Assembly (NCBI GenBank): GCA_038137215.1
Contig: JAYQBG010000001.1
Coordinates: 40,145 to 104,144, forward strand
Origin: Alphaproteobacteria bacterium
Lineage (GTDB): Bacteria > Pseudomonadota > Alphaproteobacteria > UBA6615
DNA: 64,000 bases
Direction: 5' to 3'
In this document: one piece after another, positions 50,008 to 59,690 of the stretch
Numbering within the stretch: the first letter of the stretch is position 1
Layout: each line of letters starts with the position of its first letter
Notes under the pieces: model-generated
The model's database searches: none
Told to the model about the DNA's origin: nothing
Seen by the model: only the letters and a program-made list of their open reading frames with translations
Position numbers and translations under genes: made by a program

Positions 50008-52767
50008 ATGCTGACCTTCGGCGCCTTGTCCTTTGCCGTGCCCTGGCTGCTGGCCGCACTGGTCATATTGCCGGTGTTGTGGTGGCTGCTGCGGGCCGTC
50101 CCGCCCGCGCCGTCGCGTGTCGCATTTCCGGCCATCCGTCTTTTGTTCGGACTGCCACAGCATGAGGAAACCCCGCATCGGACGCCGTGGTGGCTGCTGG
50201 CGCTTCGATTGATTCTGGCAGCTCTGGTGATCCTAGCGCTCGCACACCCGGTGCTCGACCCCGGGCGGGTGTTGCGCGGCAGCGGGCCGCTGATTCTGGT
50301 CATAGACAATGACTGGAGTGCGGGCGCGGACTGGGATTTGCGGCGCGAGACCGCTCTGGGTCTCATTGACGAGGCAGATCGGGAAAACCGGACGGTCTAT
50401 ATTGCGACCTCCGCGCGCTCGGAACTGGCCAGACGTCCGGCACTCCAGCCGCTGGCCGCAGCCGCGGCACGCGACCGCATCCGAAACCTGGCCCCGGCGC
50501 CCTGGGAAAGCGACCACGACGCGGTACTGAGCCAGATCGAATCGCTCGACCTGGAGGGCTCTGCCAACGCTGTCTGGTTGTCCAGCGGCCTGGCGGAACG
50601 TGCCGGGGACCCGGACACCGGAAGCTCGGGAAGAAGTCCCTCGAATCTTCTGGAATCCGCACTGCAAAGGCTCGGCTCTCTGCGGATCATTCAACCCGCG
50701 CCGGTCGATATGCCATTCGTGCTTGCGGGAAGCGAGAACGCAACCGACGGCCTGCGCATTCAGGTCAGCCGCTCACATGGCGAGGCCCCGCGCGAGCTGG
50801 CGTTGATCGCGAGCGACGAGGCCGGTCGCCTTCTGGCCCGCGAGACCGCCCGTTTTGCCGCCGATGCGGAGTCCATCGAGGTCACCATTCCGCTGCCCAG
50901 TGAGTTGCGCAACCGGATCACATGGGTTTCGGTCGAAGGACTTGGCACGGCCGGCAGCACCTTGCTGTTCGATGAGTCCTCTCGCCGCCGGCCGGTCGGT
51001 CTGGTGTCGGGCGACATCGCACAAGTCGACCAGCCCCTGCTCGGCAACGCCTTCTATCTAAGCCGGGCTCTCGAGCCCTTCGCCGAATTGCGCACGGGCA
51101 CCATCACCGAGTTGCTCGAACGCCGGCTGGCCGTGCTCATGCTTTCGGATATCGGCAATCTGACGGGAACCGAGATCGAAGCCCTTGATGACTGGATCGG
51201 CAGAGGTGGCGTGCTCGTCCGCTTTGCCGGCCCGAACCTTGCCGAAGGCAGCGATGCTCTGCTGCCGGTGGGCCTGCGCCGCGGCGGACGCGTTTTCGGC
51301 GGGGTGATGAGTTGGGAACAGCCGGCCACGCTGAACCCGTTCGAAGAATCATCACCCTTCGCCGGCCTGACCACATCGGACGAGATCGTTGTTTTCCGAC
51401 AGGTGCTCGCCCAGCCATCCCCGGAACTGGCCAGCAAGACATGGGCACGCCTGAATGACGGGACACCGCTTGTCACCGGAGAGAAGCTCGGCGATGGCTG
51501 GCTCGTTCTGTTTCACACCACCGCGAACGCAGAATGGTCATCGCTGGCGCTATCGGGCACCTATGTCGAAATGCTCCGCCGCCTGATCGCGCTCAGCCAG
51601 GGCGTGGGAACGGATACGACCGCCCGGCCCCTGCCGCCCCTGGCCAGCCTCGATGGATTTGGTCGCCTGACCGACCCCTCGGCGCAGGCCCGCCCACTGC
51701 CCGCCGGGGATATCTCCGAGGTTCAACCCGGCCCCGGCGCGCCGCCGGGTTTTTACGGGAACCGGCAAATACGCCAAGCCTTCAATCTGGGGCCAACTCT
51801 CGACCCGGTCGCGTTTGAAAGCCGTGCAAATGGCGTTGAAACCCGAACCTATGGTCCCACGCAGCAGACCGATCTGCGAGTCTGGTTGCTGGTATCGGCC
51901 TTCGTGCTTCTACTGCTTGACCTGCTGATTTCACTGGGCCTGCGCGGCCATTTGCCCGGCCGCCGCGCCGCCCCTGCGGCAACCGCCCTGGCGTTTCTGA
52001 TTGCGATCGGCGCCACCCTGTCCCCCTCACCGGGACAAGCGCAATCCAGTGATGTCTTCGCCCTGCAATCAACGGAGAAAACCCATCTCGCCTATGTCCT
52101 GACCGGCGACACGCGGATCGATGAGACCAGCCGCGCCGGGCTGTTCGGGCTCGGACAAAGTCTCTCGCGCCGGACTTCGGTTGAACCCGGTGCGCCGGTC
52201 GGACTGGACATTGAGCGCGACGAGCTCGCCTTCTTTCCGCTGATCTACTGGCCGATGACGGACAACCAGTCGCCACTCTCGGATGATGCCAAAGCCCGGA
52301 TCAACCTCTTCCTGCGCAACGGCGGCACCATTGTCTTCGATACCCGCGACCAGAGCCTGTCGGGGGTCGGTGGTGTGGGACCCGGCACCCGGACCCTGCG
52401 CGGCCTGGTGGAGGGCCTGGATATGCCGGCGCTGATCGAGGTGCCCGGGGATCATGTTCTCACCAAGGCTTTCTACCTGATGCGGGATTTTCCGGGCCGC
52501 TGGCAGGGCGGACGGGTCTGGGTGCAGCAGCCCGACAAGCGGGTCAATGATGGGGTTTCGTCCGTGATCATCGGGTCGAACGACTATGCCGCCGCCTGGG
52601 CCATAGACGTCAATGGCCGACCGATGTTTCCGATGGCCACCGGCAGTGCACGGCAGCGCGAACTGGCCTTCCGTTTCGGGGTCAATCTGGTGATGTACGC
52701 CCTGACCGGCAACTACAAGGCCGATCAGGTTCATCTCGATGAAATCCTCGAACGGCTCGGGCAATAG
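50008..52767 (+). CDS. large membrane protein with N-terminal double-TM BatA-like domain and C-terminal DUF4159-like region
   Basis: 919 aa; N-terminus two TM helices LLAALVILPVLWWLL / WWLLALRLILAALVILALA; conserved partner of MoxR/DUF58 operons. Confidence 0.7.
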   Translation: MLTFGALSFAVPWLLAALVILPVLWWLLRAVPPAPSRVAFPAIRLLFGLPQHEETPHRTPWWLLALRLILAALVILALAHPVLDPGRVLRGSGPLILVIDNDWSAGADWDLRRETALGLIDEADRENRTVYIATSARSELARRPALQPLAAAAARDRIRNLAPAPWESDHDAVLSQIESLDLEGSANAVWLSSGLAERAGDPDTGSSGRSPSNLLESALQRLGSLRIIQPAPVDMPFVLAGSENATDGLRIQVSRSHGEAPRELALIASDEAGRLLARETARFAADAESIEVTIPLPSELRNRITWVSVEGLGTAGSTLLFDESSRRRPVGLVSGDIAQVDQPLLGNAFYLSRALEPFAELRTGTITELLERRLAVLMLSDIGNLTGTEIEALDDWIGRGGVLVRFAGPNLAEGSDALLPVGLRRGGRVFGGVMSWEQPATLNPFEESSPFAGLTTSDEIVVFRQVLAQPSPELASKTWARLNDGTPLVTGEKLGDGWLVLFHTTANAEWSSLALSGTYVEMLRRLIALSQGVGTDTTARPLPPLASLDGFGRLTDPSAQARPLPAGDISEVQPGPGAPPGFYGNRQIRQAFNLGPTLDPVAFESRANGVETRTYGPTQQTDLRVWLLVSAFVLLLLDLLISLGLRGHLPGRRAAPAATALAFLIAIGATLSPSPGQAQSSDVFALQSTEKTHLAYVLTGDTRIDETSRAGLFGLGQSLSRRTSVEPGAPVGLDIERDELAFFPLIYWPMTDNQSPLSDDAKARINLFLRNGGTIVFDTRDQSLSGVGGVGPGTRTLRGLVEGLDMPALIEVPGDHVLTKAFYLMRDFPGRWQGGRVWVQQPDKRVNDGVSSVIIGSNDYAAAWAIDVNGRPMFPMATGSARQRELAFRFGVNLVMYALTGNYKADQVHLDEILERLGQ

Positions 52768-52775
52768 GACAGGCG

Positions 52776-54911
52776 ATGGGCAATTTTCTTATCGTCTGGG
52801 ACCCGCTCCTCCCCTTCCTCGCGCTGGCCGGAATGGCTGCGACCGGCGTGCTGGTTCTGGCCGTCGGGATGCTGGCACCGCGTCCGGGCCGTCCGGCCCC
52901 GGGCCTGGCCTGGCGCGGACTAACCATCGCGGCAATTCTGACCGCGCTGGCCAATCCGTCCCTGATCCTCGAGGACCGCGAAGCACTGACCGATATCGGC
53001 GTGGTCGTGGTCGATCGCTCGCCGAGTCAGTCGATCCGGGATCGCACCGCCCAGACCGACAGCGCCCTTGCCGAGATCCGCGCCTGGGCTGCCGGTCAGG
53101 ACAACCTGGAACTGCGTTTCGTCGAGTCGCCATCCGCCGGCACGGATCCTGACGCACGTTCGACAAGTTTTCGCGACGGCACACATCTCTTTACCGCACT
53201 CGAACGGGAACTGACGGACATCCCACGCGACCGGTTCGCGGGCGCGCTCCTGATTACCGACGGACGCATCCACGATGTTCCTGACGACATCGCAAGTCTC
53301 GAGCTGACGGCCCCCATTCACACGCTGATGACCGGCGCGCGCGAGGAGGGCGACCGGCGCCTGACCATTGTGCAAAGTCCGGGATTCGGGATCGTGGGCG
53401 ACAAAGTCCGCCTGACCCTGCGCATCGACGAACCCCGCGCCACCCAGGCGCGCCAGGCTCAGGTCACCATACGGCGCGACGGCGAAGTTCGTGGCCGGAC
53501 CGTTCTTGTTCCGGTGGGCGTTGACCACAGCATCGATATCGTCGTCGACCGTGGCGGGCCGAGCGTCTTCGAACTGGCGGTCAATGAAGGGGCACAGGAA
53601 CTCACCCTGACCAACAATCGGGCCGTGGTCACCATCAACGGGATCCGTGACCGGCTGAGTGTTCTGCTGGTGTCCGGAGCACCCCATCCCGGCGAACGCA
53701 CTTGGCGGAACCTTCTGAAGGCGGACCCGTCGGTCGACCTCGTGCACTTCACCATCCTTCGCCCCCCGGATAAGCAGGACGGCACACCGGTACGTGAACT
53801 CAGCCTGATTGCGTTCCCCTACCGCGAATTGTTCGAGGTCAAGCTGAACGACTTCGACCTGATCATATTCGACCGTTATCAGCGGATGGGTATCCTGCCC
53901 TCGGTGTATCTGCGGAATATTGCGAATTACGTTGAATCCGGCGGCGCGTTGCTGGAGGCGGCCGGACCCGAAGTCACCCCGATCACCAGCCTCTACCGCA
54001 CAGCGCTCGCAGCCGTTTTGCCGGGCGAACCGACCGGTGAAGTCATTCTGGAACCCTTCACCGCCGAGGTGAACGAGACCGGGCGCCGTCACCCCGTTAC
54101 GGCACACCTGACCGGCCTGCCTGACGACGTCGATGCGGCACCCGAATGGGGCCGCTGGTTCCGGCAGATCGAGGCACGCTCCAAATCCGGTACGGTTGTC
54201 ATGAACGGGCCGAACGAGCAGCCGCTCCTGATACTCGACCGGGTCGGCGAAGGCCGGGTTGGCCAGTTTCTGAGCGATCATATCTGGCTCTGGGCACGCG
54301 GCTTTGAAGGGGGTGGACCGCATAACGAGCTGCTGCGGCGCCTTTCACATTGGCTGATGAAGGAACCCGAGCTCGAGGAAGATCGTCTGACGGCCTTCGT
54401 GCGCGGCGACACAATCGACATCACCCGACGCAGCCTTTCGCCCGACCTGGCGCCGGTCTTCGTAACCGGCCCCACGGGAGAAGAGACCCAGCTTGTGCTG
54501 GACGAACAGGGCGACGGACGGGCCACGGGGCAAATCGCGATCACCGAACCCGGTATTTACCGGTTCGATGACGGTACGCGCACGACCGTGGCCGGAGTCG
54601 GCACGATCAACCCGATCGAGTTTTCCGATGTCACGGCGAGCGACCGCCTCTTGCGGCCTGTCTCGGCCGCGACCGGCGGCGGGGTGAGCTGGTTGTCCGA
54701 AACCGGCACGCCGGATTTGCGCATCAACCGGCCCGGGCGCGCCCTGACCGACACAGCGAGCGATGGCAGTTCTGCACGCTGGGTGGCGTTTCAACGCAAC
54801 GATGCTTCCGCCATTCGCGGTTTGCGCGAAGTCCCCGTTCTTCCGGCTCTTCTTCTGCTTATGGTCATTGGTGCATTCCTGGTCGGGGCCTGGCGCCGGG
54901 AAAGCCGCTAG
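52776..54911 (+). CDS. membrane-anchored hypothetical protein, fourth gene of the MoxR/DUF58 operon
   Basis: 711 aa; N-terminal and C-terminal TM segments; start 9 nt after preceding stop. Confidence 0.6.
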   Translation: MGNFLIVWDPLLPFLALAGMAATGVLVLAVGMLAPRPGRPAPGLAWRGLTIAAILTALANPSLILEDREALTDIGVVVVDRSPSQSIRDRTAQTDSALAEIRAWAAGQDNLELRFVESPSAGTDPDARSTSFRDGTHLFTALERELTDIPRDRFAGALLITDGRIHDVPDDIASLELTAPIHTLMTGAREEGDRRLTIVQSPGFGIVGDKVRLTLRIDEPRATQARQAQVTIRRDGEVRGRTVLVPVGVDHSIDIVVDRGGPSVFELAVNEGAQELTLTNNRAVVTINGIRDRLSVLLVSGAPHPGERTWRNLLKADPSVDLVHFTILRPPDKQDGTPVRELSLIAFPYRELFEVKLNDFDLIIFDRYQRMGILPSVYLRNIANYVESGGALLEAAGPEVTPITSLYRTALAAVLPGEPTGEVILEPFTAEVNETGRRHPVTAHLTGLPDDVDAAPEWGRWFRQIEARSKSGTVVMNGPNEQPLLILDRVGEGRVGQFLSDHIWLWARGFEGGGPHNELLRRLSHWLMKEPELEEDRLTAFVRGDTIDITRRSLSPDLAPVFVTGPTGEETQLVLDEQGDGRATGQIAITEPGIYRFDDGTRTTVAGVGTINPIEFSDVTASDRLLRPVSAATGGGVSWLSETGTPDLRINRPGRALTDTASDGSSARWVAFQRNDASAIRGLREVPVLPALLLLMVIGAFLVGAWRRESR

Positions 54912-55025
54912 CCGGGATTGTTCGATCACCGAACACCCGGCCGGTTCCGCATCTCGACAATCCGCGCGTAGGTACCAAGTTAGCCGGACGAGCAGCAGGG
55001 GCTGCGGAAAGCAGGAGACATATCG

Positions 55026-56018
55026 ATGGGCGTGATGATTGACGGCGTTTGGCATGCCGTGGAACCGAAATCCGGCGGCAAGGACGGGGCATTCAAGCGC
55101 CCCGAGACGTCATTCCGAAACTGGATTACAGCGGATGGCAGCCCTGGCCCCACCGGAGACGGCGGCTTTGCAGCCGAACCGGGCCGCTACCACCTCTATA
55201 TCTGTCACGCCTGCCCGTGGGCCCACCGGACGATGATTTTCCGCGCGCTCAAGGGGCTCGAAGATGTGATCTCGGTCTCGGTCGTGCACTGGATCATGGC
55301 CGAGAACGGCTGGAACTTCGCCGACGGTGACGGCGTCGTCCCCGACCCGGTGATCGGCGCGGATTATCTCTATCAAGTCTACCAGCACGCCGACCCCAAG
55401 TTCAGCGGCCGCGTGACGGTACCGGTCTTGTGGGACCTGCAACGCAACACCATCGTCAGCAACGAGTCGTCCGAAATCATCCGGATGTTCAACACGGCAT
55501 TCAATGATTTCGCCAAGCGTCCGGAACTGGACTTCTATCCCGAAGCGCTGCGCACCGAAATCGACGAGGTCAACGAACGCGTCTATCACACGCTGAACAA
55601 CGGCGTGTACCGGTCGGGCTTTGCCACATCACAGGAGGCCTACAACGCCGCCGTGCGTGAACTCTTCGATACGATGGACTGGCTTGAAGAGCGCCTGGCC
55701 AAACAGCGCTATCTGGTCGGCGATCAGCAGACCGAAGCGGACTGGCGGCTGTTCACCACGTTGTTGCGCTTCGATCCGGTCTATTTCGGACACTTCAAGT
55801 GCAATCTCCGCCGCCTGATCGACTATTCCAACCTTTGGAACTACACCCGAGACCTCTACCAGACACCCGGCGTCGTTTCGACAATCGATCACGGTCACAT
55901 CCAGCGTCACTACTATGCGAGTCATGAGAGCATCAATCCGACCCGGATCGTGCCGCTGGGGCCGGAGATTGACTATGACGCCCCGCACGACCGGGCCAAC
56001 ATGGAGCAAGCCGCATGA
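55026..56018 (+). CDS. glutathionyl-hydroquinone reductase (Xi-class GST, YqjG-like)
   Basis: YHLYICHACPWAHR (CPWA active site) and C-terminal GST fold. Confidence 0.85.
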   Translation: MGVMIDGVWHAVEPKSGGKDGAFKRPETSFRNWITADGSPGPTGDGGFAAEPGRYHLYICHACPWAHRTMIFRALKGLEDVISVSVVHWIMAENGWNFADGDGVVPDPVIGADYLYQVYQHADPKFSGRVTVPVLWDLQRNTIVSNESSEIIRMFNTAFNDFAKRPELDFYPEALRTEIDEVNERVYHTLNNGVYRSGFATSQEAYNAAVRELFDTMDWLEERLAKQRYLVGDQQTEADWRLFTTLLRFDPVYFGHFKCNLRRLIDYSNLWNYTRDLYQTPGVVSTIDHGHIQRHYYASHESINPTRIVPLGPEIDYDAPHDRANMEQAA

Positions 56019-56719
56019 TTGAAATTCGCGCCTTTGACGGCCTCGGCCACGCCGATCACGGCTGGCTGAACGCCCGACACCACTTCAGCTTCGCCGAATA
56101 TATGGACCCCGACCGGATGGGCGTCGGCCCTCTGCGAGTCTGGAACGACGACACCATTGCACCCGGAACAGGTTTCCCGCCCCACGGCCATCGCGACATG
56201 GAGATCATCACCTATGTCCGCCACGGCGCGATCACCCACGAAGACAATCTGGGGAACAAGGGCCGCACCGAAGCGGGCGATGTTCAGATCATGAGTGCCG
56301 GCACAGGGATCATGCACTCTGAATACAACCGGGAAGACGAGACGACCCAGATATTCCAGATCTGGATTATCCCGAACCGCGACGGGCACGCGCCGCGCTG
56401 GGAAACCAAGGAATTCCCCAAGGGCGAGAATTCGGGCCAACTGGTCATGCTGGCCTCCGGGCGCCCCGGCGATGCCGGCGCCGATGTGCCGGTCATTCAT
56501 CAGGATGCCACCCTGTTCGGAGCGAGTCTGAGCGCCGGACAGGAGGTCGCCCACAATCTGGCCGGTGGTCGCAAGGCCTATCTTGTCCCCTCTCAGGGCA
56601 CGCTTGTGGTCAACGGCACGAATGTGGGCGAGCGGGACGGCGTTGTGATTGCCGAGGAGCCGGAAATCCGCATCTCGGCAACGGGTGATGCCGAGTTCGT
56701 ATTGGCGGACCTGCCCTAG
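56015..56719 (+). CDS. pirin family protein
   Basis: Cupin metal site GFPPHGHRDMEIITYV ... H-x-E; overlaps upstream stop by 4 nt. Confidence 0.85.
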   Translation: MIEIRAFDGLGHADHGWLNARHHFSFAEYMDPDRMGVGPLRVWNDDTIAPGTGFPPHGHRDMEIITYVRHGAITHEDNLGNKGRTEAGDVQIMSAGTGIMHSEYNREDETTQIFQIWIIPNRDGHAPRWETKEFPKGENSGQLVMLASGRPGDAGADVPVIHQDATLFGASLSAGQEVAHNLAGGRKAYLVPSQGTLVVNGTNVGERDGVVIAEEPEIRISATGDAEFVLADLP

Positions 56720-56734
56720 CCGGGCAGAACCGCG

Positions 56735-57298
56735 TTAAAACGAAGAGTTTGGTTCCTCCAGAAACGCGCGCTCCTCTTCGCTGCTCTCGCGCCCCAGAAT
56801 TTCGTTGCGATGGGGGAAACGCCCGAACCGGGCAATGATGTCGCGGTGTCGCACGGCGTAGTCTAGATTTGTCTCGTCTCCCTCGGCACCGGCCTCGACC
56901 AGCTTCCCGAACACCTCCACACACAGCTCCTGATCTTTCAGATCCTCGCTGTGCATGAGCGGCATATAGAGGAATTTGCGCGCGTTCAGTTCGAGCTGTT
57001 CGTCAAATTGTTTGTCGAGAGCCAGCCGTGTCAGCGCCAGCGCATGGGCATCTGCCGACCATGCCAGGGGCGAATCCCGATGAATGTTGCGCGAGAACTG
57101 ATCGATCAGGATGATCAGCGCAAGACACCCGCGCGGCGTTTCCAACCAGGTCACCAGCTTCCCGTCCCGCGCGGCATGGGTCAGCGCACCGAACCGGTCC
57201 GCAATATCCGCATCAAAATCGTCGCTCTTTTCAAACCATTTGTCAGGACCGGCTTCCTCGAACCAGAACGTCAGCACATCATCCGGTGTCATCGTCAT
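56735..57298 (-). CDS. DUF924 family protein
   Basis: 187 aa conserved family (WFEKSDDFDADIADRFG ... FSRNIHRDSPLAW). Confidence 0.75.
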   Translation of the reverse strand: MTMTPDDVLTFWFEEAGPDKWFEKSDDFDADIADRFGALTHAARDGKLVTWLETPRGCLALIILIDQFSRNIHRDSPLAWSADAHALALTRLALDKQFDEQLELNARKFLYMPLMHSEDLKDQELCVEVFGKLVEAGAEGDETNLDYAVRHRDIIARFGRFPHRNEILGRESSEEERAFLEEPNSSF

Positions 57299-57378
57299 CG
57301 TGGTTCTCTCCGCTGGACTGTTCTGTTCCCGAGCCCCAATTGATATACACGCTGTTCCATTTCGCCACCTGAATTCGC

Positions 57379-58056
57379 ATGACCAACAAACTCAGCCGGG
57401 ATTCCATTCGCGACGGCAATGTCTATCGTATGCTCAAGGAACAGGAGCATCTGACCAATATTCGCCCGCTGACCGATGCGGAACGCGAATCGACGCTCGA
57501 CGCATTTCTCGAAACGGTCCCCAAAGGTCCGCTCTGGGTTTTCGGCTATGGATCGCTGATCTGGAATCCGGCCTTTCACCACACCGGACGGCGTAACGCG
57601 CGGGTGTTCGGTTTCCATCGCTACTTTTGCATCAAGACACCTCTGGGCCGGGGCAGTCCGGACTACCCAGGCCTTATACTCGCCCTGGATGTGGGCGGCT
57701 CGTGCCATGGTGTCGCTTTCCGCCTGCCCGCCAGGTCGATGCGTGAGGAACTGTCCGTGGTCTGGGCACGTGAAATGGCGATCGAAGGAACCTATCGGCC
57801 TGTCTGTGTCCGCGCGCGAACATCCAGGGGCCCCATTCACGCCGTCACCTTTGCCATCAATCATGCCAGCGAACGCTATGTCGGCCGCCTCCCCGAAGAC
57901 GAACTCGTCGAACGACTGGCAAGGGCGTCGGGGTATCTGGGAAGCTGCGCGGAATATCTGCACAACACGGTAACTCATATGCGCGAGAGCGGCATTCGAG
58001 ACGCGCACATGTTTCGCCTGCACCGCCTCGTCGAAGAGGCGACATCGCAGAAATAG
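57379..58056 (+). CDS. ChaC-like gamma-glutamylcyclotransferase
   Basis: PLWVFGYGSLIWNP ... GGSCHGVAFRL motifs of ChaC/GGCT. Confidence 0.8.
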   Translation: MTNKLSRDSIRDGNVYRMLKEQEHLTNIRPLTDAERESTLDAFLETVPKGPLWVFGYGSLIWNPAFHHTGRRNARVFGFHRYFCIKTPLGRGSPDYPGLILALDVGGSCHGVAFRLPARSMREELSVVWAREMAIEGTYRPVCVRARTSRGPIHAVTFAINHASERYVGRLPEDELVERLARASGYLGSCAEYLHNTVTHMRESGIRDAHMFRLHRLVEEATSQK

Positions 58057-58074
58057 ACCTCGTCGGAAGAACGC

Positions 58075-58148
58075 TGGCTGGGGCGGCAGGGATCGAACCT
58101 GCGATCACGGGATCAAAACCCGATGCCTTACCGCTTGGCTACGCCCCA
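58075..58148 (-). tRNA. tRNA-Gln (anticodon TTG)
   Basis: Reverse complement TGGGGCGTAGCCAAGCGGTAAGGCATCGGGTTTTGATCCCGTGATCGCAGGTTCGATCCCTGCCGCCCCAGCCA folds as cloverleaf with 7-bp acceptor, anticodon loop TTTTGAT, T-arm GCAGG-TTCGATC-CCTGC, encoded CCA; near-identical architecture to E. coli tRNA-Gln. Confidence 0.85.
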
Positions 58149-58216
58149 ATCGCTCAGCGTGGACACTATATCGCGCGTGTGTTCACGCATCGCAAGCCGT
58201 CTCGAGCACGAAATAC

Positions 58217-59287
58217 CTAGTCGAAGCTCTGATGAATGTCGCCATCCTTGCGCAGCAACTCAAGATCGGCTTGCACCATCTCCTTGACGAGTTGTGCGAA
58301 GGGGGTGCTGTGCTCCCAGCCGAGGACGCGCTTTGCCTTGGACGGATCACCGAGTAGCAGGTCGACTTCGGTCGGCCGGAAGTAACGCGGATCGATGGCA
58401 ACAAGCTCCACACCCGTGGCCTTGTCGATTCCAACCTCGTCCACACCCTCACCGTGCCATTCGATTTCGCGTCCGATCTCGGAGAAGGCAAGCTCGACAA
58501 ATTCCCGCACGGCGTGGGTTCCGCCCGTGGCCAGAACATAGTCGTCGGGGTCGTCCTGCTGCACGATGCGCCACATGCCCTCGACATAATCGCGGGCATG
58601 TCCCCAGTCACGTTTCGCATCGATATTTCCGAGAAACAGTTTCGACTGCAGACCGAGTTCGATGGCTGCCACGGCACGTGTGATCTTTCGGGTCACGAAC
58701 GTCTCACCACGAACCGGACTCTCATGGTTGAACAGAATGCCGTTCGAGGCATGCATGCCATAGGCTTCACGATAGTTCACGGTGATCCAGTAGGCGTAAA
58801 TCTTCGCTGCCGCATAGGGACTGCGGGGGTAAAACGGCGTGGTCTCGCTCTGGGGTGTTTCCTGCACCTTGCCGTAAAGTTCCGAGGTCGATGCCTGGTA
58901 GAACCGTGCGCTGTCTTCCATCTTCAGAATGCGCATGGCCTCGAGCACACGCAGGGTTCCCAGCGCATCGGAATTGGCCGTGTATTCAGGTGTCTCGAAG
59001 CTGACCTGGACATGACTTTGTGCCGCCAGATTGTAGATTTCTGAGGGTTGAACTTCCTGGATGAGGCGGATCAGATTCGTCGCATCCGTCATGTCGCCGA
59101 AATGCAGATGAAACTGGACACCGCTTTCGTGGGGATCGAGATAAAGATGATCCACACGCCCGGTATTGAAAGACGATGAGCGGCGTTTCACACCGTGAAC
59201 TTCGTAACCCTTCGCGAGCAAAAGTTCGGCGAGATAGGCCCCGTCCTGACCGGTGACACCTGTGATGAGGGCGACATCCTTCGCCAT
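58217..59287 (-). CDS. gmd: GDP-mannose 4,6-dehydratase
   Basis: [27 protein letters not shown] ... [10 protein letters not shown]; colinear with Gmd. Confidence 0.95.
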   Translation of the reverse strand: MAKDVALITGVTGQDGAYLAELLLAKGYEVHGVKRRSSSFNTGRVDHLYLDPHESGVQFHLHFGDMTDATNLIRLIQEVQPSEIYNLAAQSHVQVSFETPEYTANSDALGTLRVLEAMRILKMEDSARFYQASTSELYGKVQETPQSETTPFYPRSPYAAAKIYAYWITVNYREAYGMHASNGILFNHESPVRGETFVTRKITRAVAAIELGLQSKLFLGNIDAKRDWGHARDYVEGMWRIVQQDDPDDYVLATGGTHAVREFVELAFSEIGREIEWHGEGVDEVGIDKATGVELVAIDPRYFRPTEVDLLLGDPSKAKRVLGWEHSTPFAQLVKEMVQADLELLRKDGDIHQSFD

Positions 59288-59411
59288 GGCTCAACTCCGA
59301 GAATAGTGCCTGGTTCACCCCGCTGGCGGAACGATGCTGCCGGACGGAGTGTGTGTATGATTCGCGCGACTATACTTGTCGAGTCAAACCGCACACAAGG
59401 ACGCCATACCC

Positions 59412-59690
59412 ATGGACAATCCGAGTATGCCCTGGAGCCTGATCGGGGTCAGCGATGAAGCGCGAAAGATCATCCGCGTTGCGGCTGCGGAGAACAACCA
59501 GACGATCGGTCAGCGAAATTCAGACATTGCTGACGCGGCTGGGCTTCGATCCGGGCATTGCCGACGGGCGTGCCGGCAACAAACGACGGAAGCCATTCGC
59601 AACTATCAGCGTGAACTGGGTCTGCCGGTCAATAGACAGCCCAGCGAAGACCTGCTCAGGCATCTGCGCCAAATTGCGGGAGTCCGCTAG
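59412..59690 (+). pseudogene. peptidoglycan-binding (PG_binding_1) domain protein, frameshifted
   Basis: Domain VSEIQTLLTRLGFDPGIADGRAGNK (frame of ORF 59455..) continues as TTEAIRNYQRELGLPVNRQPSEDLLRHLRQIAGVR* (frame of ORF 59376..59690) only if the AAA run at 59581..59583 is AAAA; N-terminal boundary (ATG 59412 with AAGGAC, or ATG 59455) unresolved. Confidence 0.45.

Noticed and set aside
52920-54323. 467-aa minus ORF inside the 711-aa operon gene
   Set aside because: Plus-strand gene is in an operon with 8-bp spacing and has N- and C-terminal TM segments; minus ORF lacks features.
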